NCBI RefSeq assembly: GCF_009914755.1
Contig: NC_060942.1
Origin: the human T2T-CHM13v2.0 reference genome, Homo sapiens
DNA: 64,000 nt
Direction: 5' to 3' (one strand)
In this document: one piece after another, positions 29,204 through 43,040 of the stretch
Layout: each line of letters starts with the position of its first letter
Position numbering within the stretch: the first letter of the stretch is position 1
Position numbers and translations under genes: made by a program
Notes under the pieces: model-generated
Seen by the model: the letters and a program-made list of their open reading frames with translations, nothing else
Databases searched by the model: none
Told to the model about the DNA's origin: nothing

Positions 29204-29871
29204 TCACTGGCTGGTGGTCATCTCCCAATACCCCACAGGATGACTGTGGTGATTAAATTAGGTCCTGTCTGCAGACGTCATTTATAACCTGAACAGTGCT
29301 AGAAATCACTGCAGTTGCTGCCCTGAGCCCTCACTCTGAGCAAGGTACTGTTCTGGTTTTAAAAGTGGCTGCCTGTCATCCCCAGTGCTGGGAGGAGCAC
29401 TACGCCTCTTCCCATTTGCAGGCGAGGAGGCCGGGCACTCAGCAGGCAGCTGCCCTACGCTGGGTATGCAGCTGCTCAGTGCAAGGGCGAGGTCCGACCC
29501 CAGGTCTCCAGCTCCAGGCTTGTGGTGGGTCTCATTCCTGTTGGGCTGCCCTCTCAGCAGAGGTGCAGGGTCTTTGTTAAACTTCTAGCAAAGGCTTTGA
29601 GTGGTAGGCAGATTGCCCTGTGGAATGCTTGTACCTGTGGCTAGTGTTACCGTCTTATCTGTGGTTGGCATATGCCACAGATAAGCTGGTATGTTTTTGT
29701 TCCTGCCTAGGTTTTTAATTTGGGAAATGCCTTGCTTTGCTCCCTGAGGGAGCAAATTTTGATTTGGGAAATTGTCAGGCCTTGTAAATGCTCTTTGTTG
29801 AATTTACTGTCACATGATAAAAATAAGCTCCCACTAGGCAGCCAGACACAGTGGCCTTTGTTTCCGTGCAG

Positions 29872-29956
29872 GTGGAGTGCAGCAACAAAGACCTCCATTC
29901 TGGGGTGTACGGGGGCTCGGTGCATGAGGCCATGACTGATCTCATTTTGCTGATGG
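29872..29956 (+). CDS. CNDP2: CNDP2 exon 7 (DLHSG, H228)
   Basis: gtgcag|GTG; [29 protein letters not shown]; G|gtaagt. Confidence 0.97.
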
Positions 29957-30982
29957 GTAAGTGCGGGATGGCATTCAGTCCGCAGTTGAGGGGAAGTGGA
30001 TGGGCGTGACTTCCAGGCTGTCTGTCATCAGCATTGGGTGCATTTCAGCATTCCACATGAACCAACTTCTGTCTCAGTTTCCTACTGTGCCTCTCCCTCC
30101 TTCCACTCACTTGTCCCTCTGAGAGGCCCCCTTGTTTGATTTTTGCCCCTGAAACCCTCCTGTGCCTGTCACCACCTGGTGAAACCTTGCCCTGCCTCCA
30201 GCACCCAACTCAGTCACCCCCAGGTCCTGTCTGGCCAAGCCCCTCGAGGCACGTGGTGCTGTCCTTTCTCTGGTGTGGTCATTTTCCATCTCTCTCAGGG
30301 CGTGTGTTTTGGCCTGTCTTATGTATAACTGGCCCCATCCAGGTCCCCCCGCCTGATCAGCTCTTTGAGAGCGGGCATAGCCCATCGTGCTGTTCCCGGT
30401 GTCCTCCTGCTCTCAGGCCAAGCACAGCCCTCCCTTCCCGCACCTTCCACAAGCTCTCCATTCCTCCCTGCCAACGCCAGCTGCCTGCGTGACGTCCACT
30501 CTGTTATACCCACAGTTTACCCCCCTCAGCTCAGGAGCAGCTTGTTTCTTGTGGAATGCGCATTAAAAAGGCACATGGGGCAGTGTGGTGGTTGTTAGAG
30601 TGGGGCTGCGTGAAGCCAGTCTGCTGGTTTGCGTCGTGGTCTATGACCAAGGACAATTTCCTTTCCCCACTTGTTCCTCAGTCTCCTTACCTGAGAAATG
30701 GGAATGCCCAAGCTGCTGCCTCATTGGCTGTTTGGCTGATTACATCACTGGCTGAGCCTGAGGCCCCGGACGGTGCCTGACAGGCGATATGTGCATGGGA
30801 TGCATCTGCGAGCATCATTCTGTGGACGCTTGTGGCTGCTCTTGGCCCCTCCTCAGCCACGTGGCTGTGGGGCCTGAGCCGCATCTCTCCTGAGCCTGGC
30901 TTCCTGGGGTCAGTGCAGGAAAGAGCAGCTCGCCTTGGTGCGGCCTCCCCTGAGTGCTGTAACCCTCTCCGGCTTCCCTCAG

Positions 30983-31143
30983 GCTCTTTGGTGGACAAGA
31001 GGGGGAACATCCTGATCCCCGGCATTAACGAGGCCGTGGCCGCCGTCACGGAAGAGGAGCACAAGCTGTACGACGACATCGACTTTGACATAGAGGAGTT
31101 TGCCAAGGATGTGGGGGCGCAGATCCTCCTGCACAGCCACAAG
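30983..31143 (+). CDS. CNDP2: CNDP2 exon 8
   Basis: cctcag|GC; [53 protein letters not shown]; AAG|gtctgg. Confidence 0.97.
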
Positions 31144-31550
31144 GTCTGGTTCAGGGCTCGACTCTGCCACCTGCCCAGGCCACGCTGTGACACAGGTGTC
31201 CCCCAGGCCCTGTCACCTTCCCTGGGTCCAGGGGGTCTCTGAGGGAAGAGCTGGAATGTCCGATGCACATGAGTCACTCAGAAAGCAGACTGTGACCAGG
31301 TTGCTGGTCGTTGGAATTTTTTAGTTTCAAAATCTACTTTTGATTCCATCAGACCTGGAGAAGCATGCAGAGGGGACATGGGCTGGCTCCTGCTGGCAGC
31401 GGCTCTGCTGTGTTTGTGTTTATAGAGTAACCTCCTTACCGCTGGGCCCAGGGCTCATTTAAGCCACATCAGAGCCAAGTGCTAGGTGGAAACTGTGCCG
31501 AACGTTTACCTAACTTAGGGGAAAAGTGGGTCATGACTTTTCTCTTAATA

Positions 31551-32179
31551 GGCTGTAGGTTTATGCGGTACATATGTAAGTTCTGCAGGCTGTAGGGTTA
31601 TGCGGTATAGATGTAACTTCTGCGGGCTCTAGGTTTATGTGGTACAGATGTGAGTTCTGCGGGCTATAGATTTATGTGGTATGGATGTAAGTTCTGCAGG
31701 CTATAGGTTTATGTGGTATGGATGTAAGTTCCGCAGGCTATAGGTTTATGTGGTATGGATGTAAGTTCTGCAGGCTGTAGGTTTATGCGGTACAGATGTA
31801 AGTTCTGCAGGCTGTGGGCTTATGTGGTACGTATGTAAGTTCTGCAGGCTATAGGTTTATGTGGTATGGATGTAAGTTCTGCAGGCTATAGGTTTATGTG
31901 GTATGGATGTAAGTTCTGCAGCCTGTGGGCTTACGTGGTACGTATGTAAGTTCTGCAGGCTATAGGTTTATGTGGTATGGATGTAAGTTCTGCAGGCTGT
32001 GGGTTTATGTGGTATGGATGTAAGTTCTGCAGGCTGTAGGGTTATGTGGTATGGATGTAAGTTCTGCAGGCTATAGGTTTATGTGGTATGGATGTAAGTT
32101 CCGCAGGCTGTGGGTTTATGCGGTACGGATGTAAGTTCTGCAGGCTGTAGGGTTATGCAGTATAGATGAAAGTTCTGTG
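31551..32179. repeat. VNTR, 17 x 37 bp, CNDP2 intron 8
   Basis: Unit GGCTATAGGTTTATGTGGTATGGATGTAAGTTCTGCA counted in register from 31551 to 32179. Confidence 0.97.
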
Positions 32180-33614
32180 CCATTGATTCAGCCAGCATCA
32201 GTTGAATTAAGCAACTCAGCCCCTGGGACACAAGGGAAATAAGGCCCGGCTGGGCTCTTGAGTTTTGTCTCCCAGAGACAGACAGGCAAGAACTCTGGAA
32301 GGATATGCTGAGGGCCACGCTGGGCAGTACCAAAGGCTGTGGGCCTGCACGAGGGGAGGGTCATGGTGCTGGGAGCGGCTGAGGCTCATCAGGGTCCTGT
32401 CAGCCAGCAGAGGTGCAGGGCAAGGCTGGCATGCCCGGTCAGCAGGAGCACAGACATATCAGCTGCTTAGGGACAGATGGGCAGCAGGGTGAGGCCTGGG
32501 ACTGAGACCGACATGCCGGCCTGATGGCCTGGGCGCTGCTGTGGAGCTCCGGGTCTTCCAGGAGATGGTGAGCCCGGCCAGGATTTGAGTTCATCAGATC
32601 TCACATTGGGAAAGATCATGGGTCAGGATGTCAGAGCTGAGTCGGTGGAGCTAGGAGACCCGTTAGGCTGTTGCAGGCACGGGAGCCTTGGCTGGCATCA
32701 GGGAGGAGCCTCTGGAATAGGAAGAGAAGGTCCCCACCGGCAGTGACTGGACAGTGATGTCAGGGACCGAGGGGTTGGGCACGGGGAGGAGCGGGCCTGG
32801 GAGAAGGTGGGTCTGTTTCTCCTGCCCTGACCCTCAGGCTCGTGTTTGCTTCTGTGTACAGTGTTTTAGGGCCTTGTCTGTTCCTCCCAGATAACACTGA
32901 GCTGTTTGGTTGACAAACAGAAATCTACACATTCAGTGGATAAGTCACTGAGGAACCTTCTGGAAGCCCCCTTTGGGGGCACACCTACTCTCTTGACCCA
33001 CCTTCTGCTACTGCAGGGATGCAGGGGGCGGGGGCAGGCAGGAAGGTCATGATATTGATGACACACTTGGGAAACAGGAGATGAAGTCTCTCCTGGTCTG
33101 AGGAGATGGCATCATCGGTATTCAGGGGGCCATACCGGATGTGCTGGTCAGCCTGGCTCTCCTCTCTCAGTAGGAACGGGCTGCTCGCCTGTGTCCCATG
33201 GGCCTGGGAGAGGCCTGCACACAGCCTGGGCTGCATCCCCTCTTACTCCTGGTGCCTCTGGCTCATCAAGAGCTCCAAAGTCTGTGGGACCTTGACACCC
33301 CCAGTTCTACAGGTGCTCAGTGGCCAGCGTGGCTCGCCTAGTTCTGCCAGGTGGACCTGAGCCACCCACGCTGCAGCGACGGGCAGTGAAATGCCTCACC
33401 TGAGGGTGTGCAGCCTGTCAGGGGCCTCCTTTGTGCTGAGTCACTCACTGCAGTCGCACCTGCACCTGGACCTCCTGCCTGTGGTTGTCAGGCTCCTGGG
33501 CCAGGCCCTGTTTCATACCGCTCATTTCCCAGACAACATTCCCAGCTCCTCGGTGAGCAGACAGGGCTGGCACTGAATGCCTGAGGTGTCCCTGACCCTC
33601 TGATTTTTCTGCAG

Positions 33615-33779
33615 AAAGACATCCTCATGCACCGATGGCGGTACCCGTCTCTGTCCCTCCATGGCATCGAAGGCGCCTTCTCTGGGTCTGGGGCCAAGAC
33701 CGTGATTCCCAGGAAGGTGGTTGGCAAGTTCTCCATCAGGCTCGTGCCGAACATGACTCCTGAAGTCGTCGGCGAGCAG
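33615..33779 (+). CDS. CNDP2: CNDP2 exon 9 (ends at a non-canonical GC donor)
   Basis: ctgcag|AAA; [55 protein letters not shown]; CAG|gcatgt gives the 475-aa frame. Confidence 0.95.
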
Positions 33780-34319
33780 GCATGTGGGGCTGGGACACGG
33801 GGTGGGGGCCAAGAGCTACTGTGTCCGGGCAGAGACTTGGGTAATATAGGCTGTTACTCGACAGACACCCGGGCCATGCATGCCCCCGCTTCCTGGCTCT
33901 GGCCAAGTCAGTAATTATGACAGTCACGGTTCAGAAGCTAATCAAAGATAATGCATCACATGTAAGTGACCTTTGTTACTGATGAGGCAGGCCAAAATCT
34001 GGCCTTTGACCTCACCTCAAGGCTCCAGGCCAAACACCAACTTTGGACCAAGCGTGTTCTGGTCAGAGTCCCAGAGCCGCCCCTTACCATGGTGCCTTGT
34101 GGAGGGGACTCTGGTGGCTGGAGGTCAGCCCAGCTTCTGACTGTCCCCCTCAGCTGGGATTCCTGGGGAGATGGAGTCTTCCCACTGGGAATGGGAGCCT
34201 GGGGCTCACCCTTCATGCTGAATACTGAGGTCTTGTCACGAGGAGGTGTCCCCGGGTCAGCGCCTGGCTCTATCCTGGGTCTGGATGCAGTGTAGCCTGT
34301 GGTCATTGATTTTATGAAG

Positions 34320-35198
34320 TACCTCGGTCTGCTCAGGCTGCCACAATAAAGACCACAGACGCGGTAGCTTACGTGGCAGAAACGGATTCCTCACTGTTTC
34401 GGAGGCGGATGAGTCCAGGACCAAGGTGCCGGCAGCTGTGGCATCTGACGAGGGTTCCTCCTGGCCGTGGCCGCTGGCCTCGCTTGTCCTCACATGGCAG
34501 AGGGCAGGCTCTCGGTATCTTCTCACCCAGGCCCACCCTTCTGGCCTCATTTAACCTTTGTCTAAATAAGGTTTAGAAAGAGAAAAAAAAACTACTAAAG
34601 AAAAAAAGCTAGGCTTTTAAAGAATTCAAGTTAGTTTTATTCAGGCGCCTCACTGAGGAATGCGGACTGCGGCCCGGGGCCCAGGAGCAGCCTTGGAGAG
34701 GTTTGGCTGGGCTGCTCTGAGAGAGCGGCTCAGCCCGCAGCTCATCTGCAGGTGGAGGAGCTTCGGTGCGTGCTGAATCACATCGCACCTGCTCAGATGT
34801 TACATTCCAGCCAAGCCACACTGAGCCTCGGTGTAAGAGCACATGTGGTCAAAGGTCACAGAGGCGCAACCACTAATGCGGTCAGGTGCTATCTTATGTG
34901 TGGGAAAAGGTAAGGACAGGGTCATTTATCTCCTAAGGAATGCAGCGACTCGGGCAAGAGGCAGGGGTGGTGTGTGCTCCCCCGTTTTGTCTTCAAAGCA
35001 TCTTTCCTGAGAGCTACAGGTAGTGGCAGGGTGGAGCCTGTGAAAGGCCGGCAAGCAGAATGGCGCAAACGCAGCTTCTCACATTTGTGACTTTGTCTCA
35101 CACCTTAGTTACTTCTGTTAAGTCCCCAAGTGTAGTCATAATGGAGTTTAGGGCTTAAATATATGAATTCTGGGGGCACGCAAACATTCTGTCCATAA
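34320..35198 (-). mobile_element. MLT1A-like MaLR LTR split by an ERV1 LTR
   Basis: MLT1 motifs on both sides of 34559-35102; removing the insert restores ctcatttaaccttagttacttc. Confidence 0.7.
34559..35102 (-). mobile_element. ERV1-type solo LTR (MER67-like), intron 9
   Basis: TG...CA termini with 4-bp TSD CCTT (34555-34558, 35103-35106); minus-strand AATAAA near 34640. Confidence 0.7.
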
Positions 35199-35353
35199 TA
35201 TAAAGCAGGTCAGGGAAGATTGTTTTTAAACTTAATTTAAATAGTATCATCATTTAGAAGATCTTTGGAAAGAGTGAATTGCTTGATATTAAAACTTTGT
35301 CTTTTACTTTGAAATAACTGGGTTTTATTTTTTGATAAGAAGTCCCCTCTTTC

Positions 35354-35645
35354 TGGCCGGGCGCAGTGGCTCACACTTGTAATCCCAGCACTTTGGGAGG
35401 CCAAGGCGGGCGGATCACGAGGTCAGGAGATCCAGACCACGGTGAAACCCCGTCTCTACTGAAAAGACAAAAATTAGCCGGGCGTGGTGGCGGGCGCCTG
35501 TAGTCCCAGCTGCTCAGAGAGGCTGAGGCAGGAGAATGGCGTGAACCCGGGAGGCGGAGCTTGCAGTGAGCCGAGATCACGCCACTGTGCTCCAGCCTGG
35601 ACAACAGAGCGAGACTCCATCTCAGAAAAAATAAAAAATAAAAAA
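35354..35645 (+). mobile_element. Alu (AluY-like, CpG-rich), intron 9
   Basis: ggccgggcgcagtggctcac...gaatggcgtgaacccgggaggcggagcttgcag; near-identical flanks AAGAAGTC(C/T)CCTCTTTC. Confidence 0.95.
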
Positions 35646-35860
35646 AGAAGTCTCCTCTTTCCTTACTCTAGTTATGTAGCTCAGTATTAAGCAACAGAAA
35701 ATGAGACTCATCGTAGACTCAGCATAGACCCATCACAGACCTGTCAGAGGCCGATTGTAAGCTCGCTGTAGACCCATGATAGCAGACCCGTAGGTCACTA
35801 GCACTGGATCAAATGCAAGCTTATAAAGCATTGTATACCTCTATTCTATTTGTGGTTTAG

Positions 35861-36002
35861 GTCACAAGCTACCTAACTAAGAAGTTTGCTGAACTACGCA
35901 GCCCCAATGAGTTCAAGGTGTACATGGGCCACGGTGGGAAGCCCTGGGTCTCCGACTTCAGTCACCCTCATTACCTGGCTGGGAGAAGAGCCATGAAGAC
36001 AG
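35861..36002 (+). CDS. CNDP2: CNDP2 exon 10
   Basis: gtttag|GTC; [48 protein letters not shown]; AG|gttgga. Confidence 0.96.
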
Positions 36003-36311
36003 GTTGGACGCTCTCCTTGTGGATGATGCCGCGCAGGGCCCTTCGCACGTCTGACAGGACTCTGCTATATCGCGTGGGCGTGTAGCTATGTCGGGGGCAC
36101 TGCTGTATCGTGGGGGCGTGTAGTTAAGTCAGCATGAGGACAGCTAGTGTGTGGGATGAGCCTGGACCCCTGGCGGACCTTGAACACGGGCTTGCTGTCC
36201 CCAGGGCCTTGCACAGCATCTGACTGAGTGCTACTGAGTAGTGGTCTGAGACAGATCCCCAGCCTTAGGGCCCCAAAGCTCACCGTTTATTTTATTTCAT
36301 TTCCCCCCCAG

Positions 36312-36459
36312 TTTTTGGTGTTGAGCCAGACTTGACCAGGGAAGGCGGCAGTATTCCCGTGACCTTGACCTTTCAGGAGGCCACGGGCAAGAACGTCATG
36401 CTGCTGCCTGTGGGGTCAGCGGATGACGGAGCCCACTCCCAGAATGAAAAGCTCAACAG
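36312..36459 (+). CDS. CNDP2: CNDP2 exon 11 (EGGSIP and AHSQNE motifs, H445)
   Basis: ccccag|TT; [49 protein letters not shown]; AG|gtgaga. Confidence 0.97.
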
Positions 36460-37361
36460 GTGAGAGTCCAGGGTGCGGCCCAGGTTGGCGTCTCCTGCAC
36501 AGCGTCCCTCTCGCCCCTTCCCCTTCCCCCCATGTGCAGCTGCCAAGAGAAGCAGGTGGGGGTGATGGCCCCGTGACCTGCCCTCCTGTATTTGTGTGAA
36601 GTGGGAACTTCAGATGGGAGGCAGGACGAGGCCTTGCAGGAGAGGGGTGCTAAAAACAAGGTTCATGCAGTGTTTATCTCTGCACTTCATCTACCCCTCT
36701 CTCCATTTCCTTTTTTTCCTGTTCATTTTTCTGTTTCCTTTTTGAGGAATTGCAGTGTCATTGCTAACTGCACACGTTGCTGCTTTGACACATCCCTGAC
36801 TTGGGCGGACGTGATGGGAATTCTTCCCACAACGGGGCGGGTGCAGCCTCTGAGCCAGCCTTGGGAGCAGGAGGGGCCCACCAGGCAGGGGTCTTGGGTA
36901 GTTCCGGGGGAGGCCTCTGGCCCCTAAAATTGCTGAGGAGGGCAGAAGGCAAGAATGCATCCTGGGGTAACCAAGGCAGACGATCAAGGACTAAGACAGA
37001 GGCAAAGACCCTGCAGGAAGGAGGGAGGGGTGACAGAGACCTGGCTGCGAGGACCAGTGGGGAGGCCTGGTCTTCAGAAACAAGCGGATAATGGGAGGAG
37101 CCCACGATCCGAGCTTGACGTTTACTACCGGGGCACTAGGGGACCAGGATTGGTCTCTGGGCTGGGCAGTCAGACTGAAGCTGCACTTGAGAACCGGGGT
37201 GCTGAATTCTGAAGGCAAGCAGGGCTCAGGGCCCCCAAGCTGGGATGGGGGATGCTCCCCAGGAAGAAGGCAGAGTGTGTCTGGGCTCGGGAGGAGTCAC
37301 CCCACACCTGGGTGTTGGCTCACGACACCAGCCAACACAATGATGTGTTCCTCTCTACCAG

Positions 37362-37431
37362 GTATAACTACATAGAGGGAACCAAGATGCTGGCCGCGTA
37401 CCTGTATGAGGTCTCCCAGCTGAAGGACTAG
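37362..37431 (+). CDS. CNDP2: CNDP2 exon 12 coding part to stop
   Basis: taccag|G; [25 protein letters not shown]. Confidence 0.97.
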
Positions 37432-37736
37432 GCCAAGCCCTCTGTGTGCCATCTCCAATGAGAAGGAATCCTGCCCTCACCTCACCCTTTTCCAACTTGC
37501 CCAGGGAAGTGGAGGTTCCCTCTTTCCTTTCCCTCTTGTCAGGTCATCCATGACTTTAGAGAACAGACACAAGTGTATCCAGCTGTCCACGGGTGGAGCT
37601 ACCCGTTGGGCTTATGAGTGACCTGGAGTGACAGCTGAGTCACCCTGGGTAAGTTCTCAGAGTGGTCAGGATGGCTTGACCTGCAGAAGATACCCAAGGT
37701 CCAAAAGCACAAGGTCTGCGGAAAGTTCTGGTTGTC

Positions 37737-38196
<460 letters not shown>

Positions 38197-38459
38197 AAGT
38201 TCTGGTTGTCATTGAATTGGGATAAACAGAGAGCTTGATGCTTTCTGCCTTCTGTCTCAGGTGATGCATTGCACATTTGGGATATTTGGAAAGGAAATGA
38301 GGAAAGAAATTAGGGCCTCCTCTGATCTCTCGCTATCTGCGGGTCCTGTCCTTTTCTCAAGACCTTCACCATTACTGGTGTTTTCCTGTCTTCTCTTTAG
38401 TATGATCCCTCAAAACCTCACTAACTGGAAGGATGATTTTGTCTCAGTTTGTACTCCTA

Positions 38460-38465
38460 AATAAA
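38460..38465 (+). terminator. CNDP2: CNDP2 proximal poly(A) signal
   Basis: AATAAA ~1 kb after the stop, with TGTA upstream and a GT-containing tract downstream. Confidence 0.7.
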
Positions 38466-39808
38466 AAGTAAACATGACACCTCTAAAAGAATCGCTCCGT
38501 CTCAGTTGCTCGTCGCGTGCACACCATGCTTATTGAGTGGTGTCTGGTTGGTGGTGTCAGCTCAGGGCAGGGGACAGCAGGCAGGACCCGGAAAACAGAA
38601 CCCAGGTCTTCCCAGGCGAGCACTCCCTCCCTCGTCCACACAAGTGGAGGCTCACTCGTGGCCCCCTGCATGTTCCGAGAAGTGTCCCTGTCTCTGCTCC
38701 TTACGGCTGTGGGGCCACAGGAAGTCCAGCTGGCTTAAACAAAGAATTGATTGGCCCACTTGACATAAAAGAACAGAGTAAACTCAATGAAAGGAAAAGG
38801 CTCCTTGAAGTGGTTGGTTCCAGGGCTGGGCAGGGAAGATGCAAGATGAGTCTGGACCCTCTCACATCGGAACGTAAGGATGCGCTCCTGAGGGCGTGGG
38901 GCTGCGTCCAAGGACACAGGAGCCAGCCTGGAAGAGTTTGCAGGGGCCCAGGGGAGCAATTGGAGTGAGAAAATAGCAGTAGTGTTGGATTTTTACCATG
39001 GAATAAACAACAATCCATGAGTCCATACTAATATAAATAAAGTGACAAAGTGGGTGAGAAGGACCAGTGCCCCTGGATGAAGAATCTCTGCTCATGTGGG
39101 AGGAAGGTGGGAGATCAAAGCTGGAGCACTTGCTGCTGCAGGTGAGACCCCTGACACACTCTCAAATTGGTAGGCAAAGGTTTAAAGAACGGGATATTTG
39201 CTTAGCTTAAAAGCACCTCCCAAGGGGAAAACAGTAACTTCACAGTGGAGAGACCTGGCAGGCACCACCCTCAGATCAAAATGAACCTCAGCAGTAATGA
39301 CACGTCCACATCAGCACCCCCAACACCACTCCCTGAGGAGGACATGCCAGTTCTGGGAACATCACACTCATCGTGAAAAAACATCAGACAAACCCAAACG
39401 GATGAAATGTGAGGAAAATCTGTAGTTGGTTTTACGCGGATGTTAATCTCTTAGTTTTGATCATTGTGCTGTAGCTGCATAAGAGGTTAGCTGGGTGAAG
39501 TGTATCTGGGGACCCTCTATGGCTTTTGCATCTTTTCTCTAAGTCTCCTGTCATTTCAAAGTAAAAACAAAAAAAGAAGACAAGGGTAGCGGCTTCAGGT
39601 ACAGCTGGACCCAGCACTCAGTGCTATCTGGGCTTGTGGCTCCAACTCAACTCCTCCATCAGAACTGTGAGAAATGCATTCTTTCAGCTTCTAATCCTGC
39701 AAAAAGAACTGCATGGTCTTCCCCCAGAAATCCTAAGAGTAGCTGCTGGTGTCTCATGCATGCGAGCTGCATATGGGCCCCCGTTAGTCAGGAACCCATG
39801 CTGAGAGG

Positions 39809-40160
39809 TGCTATGCTTTGAATGTTTGGCTCCTCCCAAACTCGTGTTGAAACTTAATAGCCATTGTAACAGTATTAAGAGGCAGGGCCTTCAAGAGCTG
39901 GTCAGGCCATGAGGGCCCTGTCCTCCTGACTGAGTGAATGCTGTTATTGTAGGAGTGGGCTTGTTTGGCCTCCTCTTGCTCTCTCTACCCCTCTCTGAGC
40001 CCTTGTGTTGTGGGATGACACAGCCAGAAGGCCCTTGCCAGGTTCCGGTCCCTCCACCTTGGACCTCCCAGCCTCCCGAACGTTGAGCCAATACATCTCT
40101 GCTCATTGTAAATTACCTAGTCTTGGGCATTGTGTTACAGCAGCAAAAAGCAGCCTACGG
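39809..40160 (+). mobile_element. MST-type MaLR LTR
   Basis: tgctatgctttgaatgtttggctcctcccaaactcgtgttgaaactt...tgttacagcagcaaaa. Confidence 0.75.
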
Positions 40161-40787
40161 CAGTCACCGTGCTAACACCTGCAGCAGCCTGCGGCGGTCA
40201 CCGTGCTAACACGTGCAGCAGCCTGTGTGGCTCAGGCCAGTCAGCTTCCCCTGGAAGCAAGTGTGAGGTCGTCGCCTCTGGAAGTGCTAGCGGAGGGTGA
40301 TCTCCCGGAGGAAATCAGAGTGGTGTTCTACTAGAAGGCCGATGACTCCTGGGTAAAGTGCCAATGCTCACCTCCATCTCTGCAAGCTCAGTCCCTCGTG
40401 GAATTTCCAGGAGCACAAGGGCAATCTCGACAGCTCCACGTTCCCAGTGCCCGACCCAAGCCTGGCCCATGATCAGATAAATGCCTAAGTGGGGTGGCAT
40501 GGACATTTGCACACGTCCAGACTGCTTTATGTTAGAAGCTGAGCTGGCATGCCACTAGCTGGTTTTGATGTAAACAACAATTTTGTAAAACCCTGGACTG
40601 AATGGGTCTGACTAACGGCTGGTTCTGTGAACTTGAGCCTCAGCGTCCTGTGTCAGAAGAGCACAAACCACTTTCCCAGAGAGGTTATGAAGACAGAAAT
40701 GACCCTGTGACCCCTTTGCAAAGTATGAAGAACGGTTCCCACTCATGCATGGAGCTGGATCTTCTCAAGTGGGAAACAGGCGTGGTA

Positions 40788-40793
40788 AATAAA
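40788..40793 (+). terminator. CNDP2: CNDP2 candidate distal poly(A) signal
   Basis: AATAAA followed by T-rich downstream elements; ATTAAA also at 40900. Confidence 0.55.
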
Positions 40794-41693
40794 TACTGTT
40801 GTTTCAGCTGGTGTAATATGGGACCAGTTTTTTTTAAAGCAAGTCTAAAGTTTTTTTCAGACTAGTACAATATGGTACATGATAGGAATATTGAAATTTA
40901 TTAAAAACAAAAGACCTTCTCTGAATGTCACTTCTAATTTTTATTCAAAAAGCAGATATATCTTAGGTCCTTTAGAGAAAGGTGTTTCATACATCAAGAG
41001 GCATTGAAAACTGCAGTCACTTGGCCCTTTAAACATTATATTATCAAACTCTTTTATTTACTGAAAAGACAACATCCTTTGAAAAGTGTCCATGAATCCA
41101 ACGGTGGTCTGGAGATTCACATACAAATTATTTGAATATTTCTAGAAGGGCAACAATAGATTTATGTCCACACTATCTACTGGCCTAACAGTTGCAAGAA
41201 ATTGTATTAAATGGAAAAATGTGAGAAAGTAAATATCTGCTGCCTGACATTGAAGAGGAAAATTGCTACTGTGTCACCCAAGTAAGGAGCTGCCAATTTT
41301 ATGGATCATTTCCCTTTGAAAAATGATTGACAGTACCTTAGGGGGAGTTAGAGTTCTTCCCAAAGGATTCGTTCATTACTATTTATAGAATTCATGTTAC
41401 AAAGGGCTTTAAAGATGTTTGTCTAATGTTTCATTGCATCCCGGTGAAATAGGAGGTTTTTTCCCTGTGCTATAGAGGGGACAGGCCTGAAAGACCTTGT
41501 GATGGCCTGCCATCACTCAGCTCCTGGGAGGCAGCCTTGGGACCCAGGCCTTCCCCTCTTCCCCTCCCCTCGCTGGGGGACACTCATGCCCTCCCCTCCA
41601 TGGCAGGAGGCCAGTTGTTCCTGGTGTGCACTTGGCCTCCCGCCTTTCCCACTGAGGTCTCAGCATTTCTCCTTTCGGTTTCCCCCATGGTGA

Positions 41694-43040
<1,347 letters not shown>

